A DNA stretch of 63,852 nt, filler included, from Octopus bimaculoides (Eukaryota), in the NCBI RefSeq assembly GCF_001194135.2. It is 5 parts of 5 records of this genome, joined end to end, with 100 filler letters (N's around TTAATTAATTAA, not from the genome) between each part and the next. Parts side by side here need not be neighbours in the genome. Positions count along the whole stretch, not along the records: positions 1 to 26,924 come from NC_068984.1; positions 27,025 to 39,406 come from NC_069002.1; 3 more parts are not named here. The stretch is one strand, 5' to 3'. The notes beneath the pieces are model-generated. The model did no database searches. It saw only the letters and a list, made by a program, of their open reading frames with translations, and was not told the origin of the DNA. Positions 14,308 to 27,460 of this stretch are shown here, piece after piece. The translations under genes were made by a program, and so were the position numbers. The stretch's first letter is position 1. Each line of letters opens with the position of its first letter.

Positions 14308-14389
14308 CATACATACATGCATAACATACATACATACATAATACTTATACATACATACATATATACATACATACATATATACATACATA

Positions 14390-14622
14390 CAGTAATCCCT
14401 CGCCATATCGCGGTTAACCTTTCGCGGTTCTACTATCCCAATGCGGTTTATTATTTAAGCTTACGTCGATTCCTCTGTGGTGTTGTTTTGCATTTATAAT
14501 AAAGTAAATATATACAAATTATAAAAACAAATATGCAGTACGGTACTGTTTCTACTTCGCGGATTTTTACCTATTGCGCGGGATTTTGGAACGTAACACC
14601 CGCAATAGTCGAGGGATTGCTG
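14390..14622. mobile_element. Tigger/pogo-type MITE (233 bp) inserted in (TACA)n
   Basis: TIRs cagtaatccctcg / cgagggattgctg; TA on both sides. Confidence 0.8.
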
Positions 14623-15679
14623 TACATACATACATACATACATACATACATACATACATACATACATACATACATACTGAAACCGTAAAAATATGTAAAA
14701 CTTTCCAGAAGTTTATCGTTTAATTATATATGCGCATGTCAAGACATGCAACTATATGCATGAGAATACATACCATACATAAAATAAAACATACAAATCT
14801 GCATATACATATATACAAAAATACCCTGTTGATGTTGTTGAAATTCCAATGAAGGAGCCTTGGATCTAGGTTAGAAACCGGCTCTTTCTCTGTTGGCAAG
14901 AAATCTTGAAATAAAACTGAATGACATACATATATACATGCATACATACATACATACATACATACGTACGTACGTACGTACATACCTACCTACGCACATA
15001 CATACATACATACATACACACACATACATACATAAAAAGCAATTACATATTCGTGTACTAAAGAGTATTATACATTCATTACTTGGGTGCAAAACAGATT
15101 CACCCATACTCATTTATCTAAACACACACACGCACACACATATGCAAACATACACCCACTCACATATATGCATACATCAATCAACTCGCACTCACATATT
15201 CACAACAAATAACTGGAACTGCCTTGACTCAAACAAAGATGCCTTGTTACTTTGTTAGTGACCGCCTTGAATTCTGCGAAGAAGAATTTAAATAATGTCA
15301 ATGAAAATCATTCATATATACATTCATGCATACGTATTATACACACAGCTACACCTACTTGCATACGTAAACACATACAAACATACATATACACTTAAGT
15401 ACATACATTACATTGCATAAATATATATATGTATATGTATGTATGTGTATGTGTATGTATGCATATATATATATATATATATACATGCATAAACGCACAC
15501 GTACAAACATACACACATGCATACATACTTACATACACCTACCCACCACTCACCTACCTACCTACCTACCTACCTACCTACCTACCTACCTACCCACCTA
15601 CCTACCTACATACATACATACATACATACAAAAATTCATGCATACATACAGACATACATTCATACATACATACATGCAT

Positions 15680-15710
<31 letters not shown>

Positions 15711-15734
15711 TACATAAATACATACATACATACA

Positions 15735-15765
<31 letters not shown>

Positions 15766-16404
15766 TTCCTTTTCATTGTTACTTAGTTGTTTATTTTCTA
15801 AGTAGAATTTTGTTGAACTCTGCTGCCCTACATATCTTTGGTTTCCGTTCATCGTAGTTTTTATACAATTGAACCAACAACCACAAGCAAGAAAGAGAGA
15901 GAGAGAGTGGGGGGAGGGGAGAAAGAGAGAGTAAGAATTCTTTCACATGACAGCGTGGCATGCTAGAGATAGCAGCTAAATCCTCTTCCTTACAGTTTTG
16001 AAAAGAATGAATAGATAAAAATAAAAACATACAAATCTGCACATGCACTGACTCCAAATACTGCACATATTTGCACATACAGGAGATATTAGATAACGTA
16101 GTCTCACAAACACCGCGTTGAAATGAAAAGATCGGATGACCAGAGCTGGACTCCTTTTGCCTATAGATCTATCTAATCAAGCCCGATCAAAGCTGAAAAA
16201 AAAAAAGAAAAAAGAAAAGAAAGATGTATCACCATGAGACAACGAGTTTCCTGTTGTGGTATTTGTGGAAAGGGCATTTGATACGGTCGTTGTTGTTGTT
16301 ATCGTCCCTGATCCAGTCGACCCATGGCAGATGTTCCAACCTTGATAATACTATCTTTTATTTATTTGGTTTTCTTCAGAAAATTTAATTGAACTTCTGT
16401 TTTT

Positions 16405-16442
<38 letters not shown>

Positions 16443-17089
16443 TGTGAGGGCGATTTGACTACTATTTCTTGCTTCAGTATTGATATTTTACAAAAGTATT
16501 ATAGTCAAGACAGGAACGCCGTTTCTCTCTCTCTCTCTCCCTCTCTCTGTATATATATATATATATAAACAAACCCACACATGAGATAGTAAGAAGTGGT
16601 CTGAGTGAGAATTGCCTGCTATTTCTATGTAAGTTGTTTGACCTTGTAGACACTCACTCATTGGTATTAATATTTGTTGCCTAATCGGAAGAAGTCAATA
16701 GGAAACGTGTGTAGATTTCCATGTATGCCGGGATTGTTTCATAACATGCTTCGTTCATGAAATAGATCTTGCTACTTCTGTTTTCGAATGGCCCCTTTTC
16801 AATGAGAAATAATCCTTATTAACGACGTCAGTTTTAAATCCCCAAGAAGCATTAAGTTTGAAGTTAATCGGATTAACTTCAGTGAATTAATCCCGTATTG
16901 GTTGATAAAACAAGTACCGTCACAAAGTAACAGATTAGTTGGTGGAGTCGTTGTAGTTTATCCCTAGGGTATCCCTGATTCGGTATACTTATGATGTAGG
17001 CTTTCAGGTCACTAGACATAGATGTAGTAGCGATCAGTGTAACGAAGATTTCCGAAACGCGCGCACTTATACTCATCTTCCTTAACTGT

Positions 17090-17740
17090 AAGGTGCATAG
17101 TCAAACGGGATCGGGAGGAGTAGCAGAGTTCTTTCGGAAAGGTCAGAATCTCAAGGCACGGATGATCTTCCTGGATGCGGTTAGTAAGTCAGTGATCGTG
17201 GACGTGATCAGTAGCGAAGACGATGCTCTCAGTTTTGTGGCCATCTCTACTCTAAAAAGAACACGGCGGTCGGAATTCTTCATGCGTCTAGAAGTGTCTT
17301 TGGGAGGTTATTAGTTTTCAGCATTAGTGACAGGCTAGAACGGTATCTTAAGGGATTGTGTGGGTTCAGCCGATAGCAGAGAGCTGTAAAAGCCTCGAAA
17401 AACTATTCAATATCCCCAACTGTCTGACCGGCAACAACTGGATATCCCAAATGTCTAATTTTGAAAAAAAAACAGCATCGGCTCGTATTTCAATAGGATA
17501 TTTTCTGGAGCAACAAACAAAGTCTGGGGTTTTACAATTTCAACCGGTCAGCTTCCATATAGTACAAGGTCGATCTAAATAAGACTTGTAGGCAGAGGGA
17601 CCCAGCTGTTGAAATCTGAGCACGTCATTCCCAGCACGCAAAGCCTACAGACACGATTAACGTTTTAGTTATGCAGCAGTTGATAGAAGAAATCTTTAGC
17701 AAACGGTGGTGGCACACCTTGAAGATAACGATGAGCCCTT
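17090..17740 (+). mobile_element. L1/Tx1-type LINE apurinic endonuclease fragment, degenerate
   Basis: HSQTGSGGVAEFFRKGQNLKARMIFLDAVSKSVIVDVISSEDDALSFVAISTLKRTRRSEFFMRLEVSLG resembles APE motifs (GGVA.LF; LVAVYAP; FF..LE); broken downstream. Confidence 0.62.
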
Positions 17741-18389
17741 GCGATTAGTAGAGAAATTATTATTATTATTTGATGAAAACTCTCAGCTTAATTTGCTGGG
17801 TATGATAGAAAGTGTCAGCTACCCATAGCTAGCAGACTAAGGTGATATTTGTATGCATGCATGTATGTATGTATGTATGTATGTATGTCATATAATGAGG
17901 CTCCAGCTCAAGAGTTCTGGAATTCTGGAGTTGCGAGATCGCGTGAAATCACTTCTTAATTACCATTACTCCCAGGTCCATTCTGACTTGGAACGGTAGT
18001 ACGTGTGAAAGTCTTATCTATAGATATTTTTCACACAGTCAAAAGAGTCCAAGTCATCTTGCAATGCTTGTCACTGGAACCTATGGTGACCAAGAGTTGC
18101 ATTTTGTTACTTAAATCTTTTGTCACTTAAATCCAGTGACGTACAGCTGTTTCACTATCATTTTATTTCCTGATTCGTTTAGTATTTTACAAAACAATCA
18201 GGGTGAATGTGAGACAGCTACCATCTGACAAGATGAGACAATCATCATGTTATATCAGGTCACTCTTATGCGAGTGATAACATGCAACCTGGGACAGCAT
18301 GTTGCATGGTCGGGCCGTCGGTGACTAAACCGGCAACCCCCACCAAGCCTGCTTGGTAAGGAAAGTAGTTTTCGTCGGACACTCTACAG

Positions 18390-18691
18390 CAGTGCTACTC
18401 AAAGTGGTGGTCTGCAGACCGGTGCCGGTCCACGAGTCATCAACTGCCGTTACGCGGTGAGTTTCCAGGAAAGAAAGAAACATTATAAAATGCTTATAAA
18501 TTGCTTATGCAATATTGTATTATTTGTTTACAAAGTAAATACAAGATAAAAAAATTGTCAACTTTTATTATATTCATTATATATATATTGTTTCCGGTAT
18601 GAATTAATATTACTAAGAAATATCACCGGTCCCTGACACATTGGAAAAAAAAACTGCCGGTACGCCACATCAGATAGTTTGAAAAGCACTG
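18390..18691. mobile_element. hAT-type MITE (302 bp)
   Basis: TIRs cagtgctactcaaa / tttgaaaagcactg (12/14) and 8-bp TSD ctctacag (18382-18389) / ccctacag (18692-18699). Confidence 0.85.
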
Positions 18692-19217
18692 CCCTACAGG
18701 ACGAAAAACGAAACCTGCCAAACAGTATAGTTGACGGCCATCCAGCAATGGGGAGTGAGAAACTCCTCGTATCTGTTTAGTCATCTCTCTAGGAAAAGGA
18801 AATAACAAAATAACACTCACATTATTGCAAAGCCAGAGATCTTGCTCTTACTTGTTTCTAGACTTAGCTTTGTAGGCGAAAGTCTTAGCAGTGTTGTATA
18901 AGATGTTATTGACTTTAAATTTCAGCACAGACATTGCTCACAATGATTGTCTGTAACATCTAGGACAAGATAACTTGTCATTGATGGTCATAATTGTCTA
19001 CGAGTTCAGTCACGATGTCTATATGTACGTATGCATGTATTATATATGTTTGAATGAATGTAAGTATACATGTATTGTTTTCTAACGTATTATTTTAGTT
19101 ATATCGTACACAAAAAGATTTTAAATCGCCAGACTATTAAACTCATTTTTTTTTACATCTATTATAACCTATTACGATCGATTTCAATATCTCTGGTTGC
19201 CATCAGGTGCATTATTC

Positions 19218-19266
<49 letters not shown>

Positions 19267-19559
19267 TGCCTGTCTGTCAGTCTGAGTGTGTGCCGTAGTA
19301 GAAGAGATCCGAACTAAACAAGCTTCTTGTTTCTAAACTCAGAGAAACATGTAGTAAACTAGGAATAAAAACATTGATGACGATCGGAGATGAAACAAAG
19401 CGAGGCGAAGTGTATCAGATGTAATTATTGAATATTCTTTCATCTCTTAAAGATAAAACTGATATGGCAAAAGAAAAAAAAGTTACCCTCTTAATAATTA
19501 CTAATTCTTCTCATAAGCTTTAGTGACGTAATTTTCTTGACAGGCATCAACTGTGCCAT

Positions 19560-20762
19560 CAACTGTGTCGTCGTCGTCGTCGCCGCCATCATCATCATCA
19601 TCATCCTTACCACCTCCTTTATTACTACGATCACATAATAATNNNNNNNNNNNNNNNNNNNNNNNNNNNNNNNNNNNNNNNNNNNNNNNNNNNNNNNNNN
19701 NNNNNNNNNNNNNNNNNNNNNNNNNNNNNNNNNNNNNNNNNNNNNNNNNNNNNNNNNNNNNNNNNNNNNNNNNNNNNNNNNNNNNNNNNNNNNNNNNNNN
19801 NNNNNNNNNNNNNNNNNNNNNNNNNNNNNNNNNNNNNNNNNNNNNNNNNNNNNNNNNNNNNNNNNNNNNNNNNNNNNNNNNNNNNNNNNNNNNNNNNNNN
19901 NNNNNNNNNNNNNNNNNNNNNNNNNNNNNNNNNNNNNNNNNNNNNNNNNNNNNNNNNNNNNNNNNNNNNNNNNNNNNNNNNNNNNNNNNNNNNNNNNNNN
20001 NNNNNNNNNNNNNNNNNNNNNNNNNNNNNNNNNNNNNNNNNNNNNNNNNNNNNNNNNNNNNNNNNNNNNNNNNNNNNNNNNNNNNNNNNNNNNNNNNNNN
20101 NNNNNNNNNNNNNNNNNNNNNNNNNNNNNNNNNNNNNNNNNNNNNNNNNNNNNNNNNNNNNNNNNNNNNNNNNNNNNNNNNNNNNNNNNNNNNNNNNNNN
20201 NNNNNNNNNNNNNNNNNNNNNNNNNNNNNNNNNNNNNNNNNNNNNNNNNNNNNNNNNNNNNNNNNNNNNNNNNNNNNNNNNNNNNNNNNNNNNNNNNNNN
20301 NNNNNNNNNNNNNNNNNNNNNNNNNNNNNNNNNNNNNNNNNNNNNNNNNNNNNNNNNNNNNNNNNNNNNNNNNNNNNNNNNNNNNNNACCACCACCACCA
20401 CCACCACCACCACGGCCATCATCATCAGTACCAGAATCCTAATCTGTATCCTTCTCTTACTTTTCCTCCCCCTCGTCATCATCATCATCATCATCATCGT
20501 CGTCATTATCGTTGACATTGTCTCACCATACGCCATGCAGTGTTGCATTAGGTGCATCATTAACTGAGACGCTGCCAGTGATTGTCGTGTAATATTGCTA
20601 CAGCATGGATGCTGGTGCTATTGTTGTTGTTGTTGTTGTTACTGTCGCAGCTGTTCTTATTCTCATCATCATCATTATCATCATGAACACCACCACCACG
20701 CCATTGTCATTCTCATCATCATTACCATCAACAACACCACCACGACTACCACCACGACTACC

Positions 20763-20794
<32 letters not shown>

Positions 20795-20844
20795 CAACAA
20801 CAACAGCAACAACACTACCACCACCACCACCACCAACAACAACA
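19560..20844. repeat. (CAT/CAC/CAA)n low-complexity tract interrupted by gaps
   Basis: Mixed triplet repeats on both sides of N runs. Confidence 0.85.
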
Positions 20845-21532
20845 NNNNNNNNNNNNNNNNNNNNNNNNNNNNNNNNNNNNNNNNNNNNNNNNNNNNNNNN
20901 NNNNNNNNNNNNNNNNNNNNNNNNNNNNNNNNNNNNNNNNNNNNNNNNNNNNNNNNNNNNNNNNNNNNNNNNNNNNNNNNNNNNNNNNNNNNNNNNNNNN
21001 NNNNNNNNNNNNNNNNNNNNNNNNNNNNNNNNNNNNNNNNNNNNNNNNNNNNNNNNNNNNNNNNNNNNNNNNNNNNNNNNNNNNNNNNNNNNNNNNNNNN
21101 NNNNNNNNNNNNNNNNNNNNNNNNNNNNNNNNNNNNNNNNNNNNNNNNNNNNNNNNNNNNNNNNNNNNNNNNNNNNNNNNNNNNNNNNNNNNNNNNNNNN
21201 NNNNNNNNNNNNNNNNNNNNNNNNNNNNNNNNNNNNNNNNNNNNNNNNNNNNNNNNNNNNNNNNNNNNNNNNNNNNNNNNNNNNNNNNNNNNNNNNNNNN
21301 NNNNNNNNNNNNNNNNNNNNNNNNNNNNNNNNNNNNNNNNNNNNNNNNNNNNNNNNNNNNNNNNNNNNNNNNNNNNNNNNNNNNNNNNNNNNNNNNNNNN
21401 NNNNNNNNNNNNNNNNNNNNNNNNNNNNNNNNNNNNNNTATATATATATATATATGCACACCCAGATCCGATATATCGAATCACAAAGCCCCAAATCCTC
21501 ACAAGCAAACTACAACGCTCTTCATAAATAAG

Positions 21533-21563
<31 letters not shown>

Positions 21564-24433
21564 AAGGGTTCAAAGATTATTAGAATGTTCAAAAGGAAAT
21601 AAGCACAGATGTACTCAGCCAACAAGGACACTCAAAATTGACGAGTGTTAACAGTTATTAAGTATAATTTGAACTCGCGGTTAAAGGAATCCAGGGAGGA
21701 GTTCTTCGTTTAGAAGCGATGAAGTCCTGGATAGGATATATTTATACGATGGGCTTCGTAACAGTCTCCGTCTCACAAATTTGCTCACAAGGCATTGGTC
21801 TGCTTGGGTCTCTAGTAGAAGACACCTACACTAGGTACCGCATTGTGGAACTGAACCCGAAACCTTGTGATTGCAAAGGGTGCTTGTTAACCACACAGCC
21901 ATGCCTGAACCAAATGGAACTTTCCTATGTTTTTCCTTCGATAACCTGTCAATATCCTAAAGGAATGGTTGTATATATCACTTCAGCTGTGTCAATTACA
22001 AATGGGATAATTGATACAATCCATAATTGCCATAGTGTTTTTAATCCAACTACTAGGGCGGTGTAATTTCTTAGCTTTTCAGCTCACTAATGCACAACAT
22101 TATAATAATTTGGTATTGTTATGTTGATAATTAACACTATTGTCATTTTTGTCATGGATAATAATTCTTTCTACTATAAACATAAGGCCTGAAATTTTGT
22201 GGTAGAGGGATAGCCGATTACATGAACTCTAGTACTCAACTGGTATTTTTTTTATTTTTACCCACCTCGAAAGGATGAAACTCGGTTGGTCTTGGCGAGA
22301 TTTGAGCTAAGAACATAATGAGTCGGAAAGAAATGCCACTAAGCCTTTTTGTCCGACGCATTAATGATTCTGCCAGCGCGCCGCCTTTGTTATGCATAAT
22401 AATCCTTTCTACAATAAGCACAAGGCCTGAAATTTTGGGGGAAGGACTACTCGATTATGTTTACCTCAGTGCTCAACTGGTACTTAATTCATCGACCTCA
22501 AAAAGAGGAAAGACAAAGTCGACCTCGGTGGTATTTGAATTCAGAACGTGAAGTCGGACGAAATGCTGCTAAGTATTTTGTCCGGCGTGCTAACGATCGG
22601 CCACCACACCGCCTTATGTTATGGATAGTAATGTCTAGGATGAGCTGAGATTTATATGTATATCAAGGAGCTTTTACATACTGTAGTTGAAATTTGATGG
22701 CTAGGCCAGCATTGCTTCGTAATTGAAACGCCAAATAAATTTGGTTAGAACTGATGTGGGGTAGCCTCATATACTGCACGGCAGAAGTGCGATAGTTCAG
22801 TTAAAATAGATGTTCAGTTAAAATAGATGTAGACGAGCAGTTTCGGAGGATCCAGTTATAAAAAGTGAATGGAACGGAAAGTGATCAGAGATGTGGGCTG
22901 CTGTGATTTTACCCATGCAGCAACTTTGCATTTAGTGAGTTGGGGAACCATTTTTTTGTATATAGAATTTTGAACCTGTTTAAATATATTGGGAAAAGTT
23001 TTTGCTCTTTTTGTATTACACATTTTGTTTTATATATTTAGAACCTTAAATTTTATTATTAGCTCTGAAAGGCAACAAGCTGGAAGAAGTGTAAGAGCGT
23101 TGGAAAAAGTACCGTATGATATATGTTACGGCTCTTTACGTTCTAAGTTCAAATCCAGCTGATATCAACTACACCTTTCATCCCTCTGGGTCGATCGAAT
23201 TATATATCAGATTAGTACTGTGGTCGGTGTAATTGGTGTAATCTTCCCCTCAGAAATGTACCTATATCAGAAATCCTTATCATTAGTTTTGGAGACGGGT
23301 AAGTTTCCGGAATCGGGAGAATTGGACAAATGTTTTATGGTATTTAACTACGTTACTTACGCTCTGAGTTCAAATCCTACCGAGATTGACTTTACCTGTC
23401 AATCTTCTGGGATCTTTCTAAAAGACAATATCCCATCTCAACAGTTTGTGACGTTGTGCCTATATCAGAAATTCCTATCAGAATCGACAGAGCAGTATTT
23501 AGTTCTGTCTGTTTACGTTCTGAGTTCAAATCCATCGAGGTCAACTTTATCTTTCCTACTTCCTAGACTGATGAGGAACTGTATCTGGCAAGCAATTATG
23601 ATCGATATATACAACTATGCCCCCTTCCAGAAATTCGAGGCATTGTAATTATGTTGCAAATCAATAGTGTTATCATAAATCTCCGCTAATCATCTACACT
23701 ATTATGTGATTCGAGCACACGTTTCATTTTAAAAATTCATAAGACATTGATATGGAGTGTGTACGTGCGTGCGTGGCTCTGTGCGCGTGTGTGTGCGTGC
23801 GTGGATGTGTGTATGCATGTGCATGCGCTGTAATATGTGTGTGAGCGTGCGTGTGTACTGAAGTGTGTATGTATGTTTATAAATGTAAGCATAAATGTAT
23901 GTGCTTCTGCGTACGTTAATTGTTAGCCAGACAAAATGACACAAGAAATGTGTTAGCGGAAAGACCTCGTAGCGTACACACGTGCGAGAGTCCCAGGATG
24001 AAACCATTGATACATATTTGATGAGGAATCGTTTTTGTTTCCCTTCAACCTCTCCCAAACTTCACCTCACCACCAGCGACCACTTCTAAAAATGTTTACG
24101 CGATACAACAAATGTCTGGTCTTGTTGCTATTTTCAGGTTTTGCATAGAATTACTCCGCCATTTACGTTAATGAAAATTGGCGGAAGGCAAATAGGGTTT
24201 TGGTAATTAAACAAGTTTCATGTGATTTTTTTTTGTGCTGTAAGCCATTTACCATTTCTGTAGTACCCACGCCGCTTCCCTTGGTGCCCTAAGCACGTGC
24301 TTATTTTGCTCAATGATTAATCCAGCGATACTTGTGCCTATAGTAGAAAGGATTATTTGGAAGAATGCAAAGAGCCAGAATAAATACACAAGCCATCCTA
24401 TCTGCTGATCTACCGATTCTGCATGTTCACCGT

Positions 24434-25608
24434 ACTTAAATATTGTTTGTAATTTAGGCACAACGTCAGTAATTCTGAAGAGAGGGATTTAATCAATCAC
24501 ACATACTTGAAGGCGCATGGATCAGTGGTTAGATAGTCGGGATTACAATCATATGGTAGTGAGTTCAATTCCCGGACGAAGCTGTGTGTTGTGTTCTTGA
24601 GCAAGGCACTTTATTTCAAGTTGTTCCAGTTCACTCAGCTGTAGAAATGAGTTGCGACGTCACTGGTGTCAAGCTGTATCGGGGTTTGCCTCTTCTTTAG
24701 ATAACATCGGTGGTGTGAAGAGGGGAAGCTGGTATGTATGGGTGACTGCTGGTCTTTCATAAACAACCTTGCCCGGACTTGTGCCTTGGAAGGGGACATT
24801 CTAGGTGCAATCCCATGGTCATTCATGATTGAAGGGGTCTTTACCTTTTTACTACTTGATTAGTCAGAGTCCCCAGCTATGGGCTGATTAGCATTCTGAG
24901 CACAAAGCTTCACTGCCTTGTGAATGCCTTAGGAAAGAAGAGGCTAGGGGAATCAGTCTCGACAGAAAATCTGGTGCCCTCTTTGACATCCTTCCGGCAA
25001 CTCCAGGGTAGGTGGAGCTGTCCAGCTCTGTAAAACAATTCATCAAGGAGAAGGTCACTCCGATGCAAAACCTATAGCTTGCTGGTCACTGCAGCCATCT
25101 CTGCCCACTGAGCCAATAAGGTCAGACTTCCAAGCTTAAAGAGTGAATCGGATTGCGCGGTCTAGGTCTCACTTTTAAAATACTAGGTGCAGACAGAAAG
25201 AAACCTGCTGCAGCGTCAAAGATCAGTTTATATAGCAACTGGAGGGAGTGTCGCTCTTCCTCGTGATCCTTGAACGAAGAAACTTCCATCATCATCAAAC
25301 ATGTTGATAAAGACCTTAAAAAGGGAGGAAACATTTGGCTTTTATTTGATTTAGGTATGTTTCAGAATTACATGAGACCATTTGAGATCACATTCGAATA
25401 AAAACAGTCTTTACGTTTTGATTTAAAAAAAAAAAAAAAAATCTGGACTGAATTTGCCTTTCGTCCCTCAGAAGATATTTCGAATCAGTTTGATTGTAAT
25501 CCCGACTATCTAACCACTGATCCATGCGCCTTCAAGTATGTGTGATTGATTAAATCCCTCTCTTCAGAATTACTGACGTTGTGCCTAAATTACAAACAAT
25601 ATTTAAGT
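24434..25608. repeat. Perfect 118-bp inverted repeat (24434-24551 / 25491-25608), 939-bp spacer
   Basis: Base-by-base reverse-complement comparison shows no mismatch. Confidence 0.92.
24510..24855 (+). mobile_element. tRNA-headed SINE with CORE-like motif (tgtgttcttgagcaaggcacttta)
   Basis: A/B-box-like head followed by a CORE-like segment; related copy at about 42065-42200. Confidence 0.65.
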
Positions 25609-26021
25609 CTTTGTGTGCTAATGTAATAAGTCAATGTATGTATGNNNNNNNNNNNNNNNNNNNNNNNNNNNNNNNNNNNNNNNNNNNNNNNNNNNNNNNN
25701 NNNNNNNNNNNNNNNNNNNNNNNNNNNNNNNNNNNNNNNNNNNNNNNNNNNNNNNNNNNNNNNNNNNNNNNNNNNNNNNNNNNNNNNNNNNNNNNNNNNN
25801 NNNNNNNNNNNNNNNNNNNNNNNNNNNNNNNNNNNNNNNNNNNNNNNNNNNNNNNNNNNNNNNNNNNNNNNNNNNNNNNNNNNNNNNNNNNNNNNNNNNN
25901 NNNNNNNNNNNNNNNNNNNNNNNNNNNNNNNNNNNNNNNNNNNNNNNNNNNNNNNNNNNTAATAAACTGCGATATGTGAACCGTGAATGGCAAGGGATTA
26001 CTGTATTACTAAGTGTATATT

Positions 26022-26333
26022 GGAGGTGCAATGGTCCAGTGGTTAGGGCAGCGGACTCGCGGTCGGAGGATCACGGTTTCGATTCCCAGACCGGGCGTTG
26101 TGTGTGTTTATTGAGCAAAAACACCTAAAGATCCACGAGGCTCTGGCAGGGGGTGGTGGCAACCCCTGTTGTACTCTTTCGCCCCAACTTTCTCTCACTC
26201 TTTCTTCCTGTTTCTTGAGTAACGCTGCGATGGATAGGCGTCCCGTCCAGCTGGGGGAACACATACGCCATAGAAACCGGGAAACCGGGCCGATGAGCCT
26301 GGCTAGGCTTGAAAATGGCGCATAAATAAATAA
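26022..26333 (+). mobile_element. tRNA-Arg-like SINE family 3 with 11-bp TSD
   Basis: Head ggaggtgcaatggtccagtggttagggcagcggactcgcggtc...gtttcgattccc; TSD aagtgtatatt at 26011-26021 and 26334-26344. Confidence 0.82.
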
Positions 26334-26924
26334 AAGTGTATATTACTAAGTGTACCGGTAATTACTGGTATGATTGTGATTTTATAATCAGAGTAGAAGA
26401 GTATGTGCGTATGCATGCATGCACGTATGTATGTATGTATGTATGTATGTATGTATGTATGTATGTAGGTAGGTAGGTAGGTAGTATGAGTACATGTAGA
26501 TACGTATGTATATATTATATACTCCATGTGGGAGACAGAAACAATTCATCAAGATTTTCCATTAAAATAACTGATGAACTTTCAGAATAGTTATCCAATG
26601 GTGGAACTATTGTTGCCATTAACAATATTTAAAGAAAATATATTTAATTGTGTCTTGTTTTATTTGTTCGTTTGTTTTTCTGAGATTTGAAATAATAATA
26701 ACCGAAGGAAAAGAAAAAAAACCCCTCATGAATAAATAATGGCAAACAGAAAAAAAACCCCAAAAAACATAAAGAATTGTCAGCCATTTAGCAACTTGTA
26801 TGTCATTGGCGTTGCTATGCAACTTTACTTCGGGGTCAATTTAAGAGAGAGAGGTGGGGGTGGGGGAAAGAAAAAGATAAGGAGATAGTGAGTGAGAGAG
26901 AGAAGGAAAGAAAGTACGAGAAGG

Positions 26925-27024
26925 NNNNNNNNNNNNNNNNNNNNNNNNNNNNNNNNNNNNNNNNNNNNTTAATTAATTAANNNNNNNNNNNNNNNNNNNN
27001 NNNNNNNNNNNNNNNNNNNNNNNN
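26925..27024. other. Synthetic scaffold-join spacer 44N-TTAATTAATTAA-44N
   Basis: Exactly 100 bp; the 12-mer is palindromic with TAA stops in all six frames. Confidence 0.95.
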
Positions 27025-27064
<40 letters not shown>

Positions 27065-27387
27065 TATGTAAGCATATATATGTGTGTGTGTGTGTGTTCG
27101 TGTGCATGTATTTCTATGCATGCATGTGTATATGAATATATGTATATAGTATATATTAAAGTGTGTGTACATGTGAGTGCTTAGCCATATATGTATGTAG
27201 GTATAAATAAATAAAATTCACAGAAGCCTATGCTAAAATAAATTCACACTTGCCTCTGCATATATATAGATATATACATGAAAACGCATACACAAAAATA
27301 CACACCCACAGGATTTCATACTCTTTTACTCGTTTCAGTTATTTGACTGCGGCCATGCTGGGGCACCGCCTTTAAAATATTATCATG

Positions 27388-27460
27388 TGGAGAATCCGGG
27401 CATCGATCCCGGTACCTCTCGCATGCTAAGCGAGCACTCTACCATCTGAGCTAATTCCCC
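27388..27460 (-). tRNA. trnA-AGC: tRNA-Ala (anticodon AGC), apparently intact
   Basis: GGGGAATTAGCTCAGATGGTAGAGTGCTCGCTTAGCATGCGAGAGGTACCGGGATCGATGCCCGGATTCTCCA, 73 nt. All four stems pair (acceptor GGGGAAT/ATTCTCC with the G3:U70 Ala identity pair, anticodon stem CTCGC/GCGAG, T stem CCGGG/CCCGG). TTTT terminator about 10 nt downstream. Confidence 0.95.

Noticed and set aside
19553-21631. Long ORFs (up to 339 aa) here and at 52705-57634
   Set aside because: They consist of N runs translated as X plus microsatellite translations.
24860-25340. GC-richer unique-looking segment inside the inverted repeat
   Set aside because: All frames are interrupted and no motif was recognised; probably an old TE fragment.
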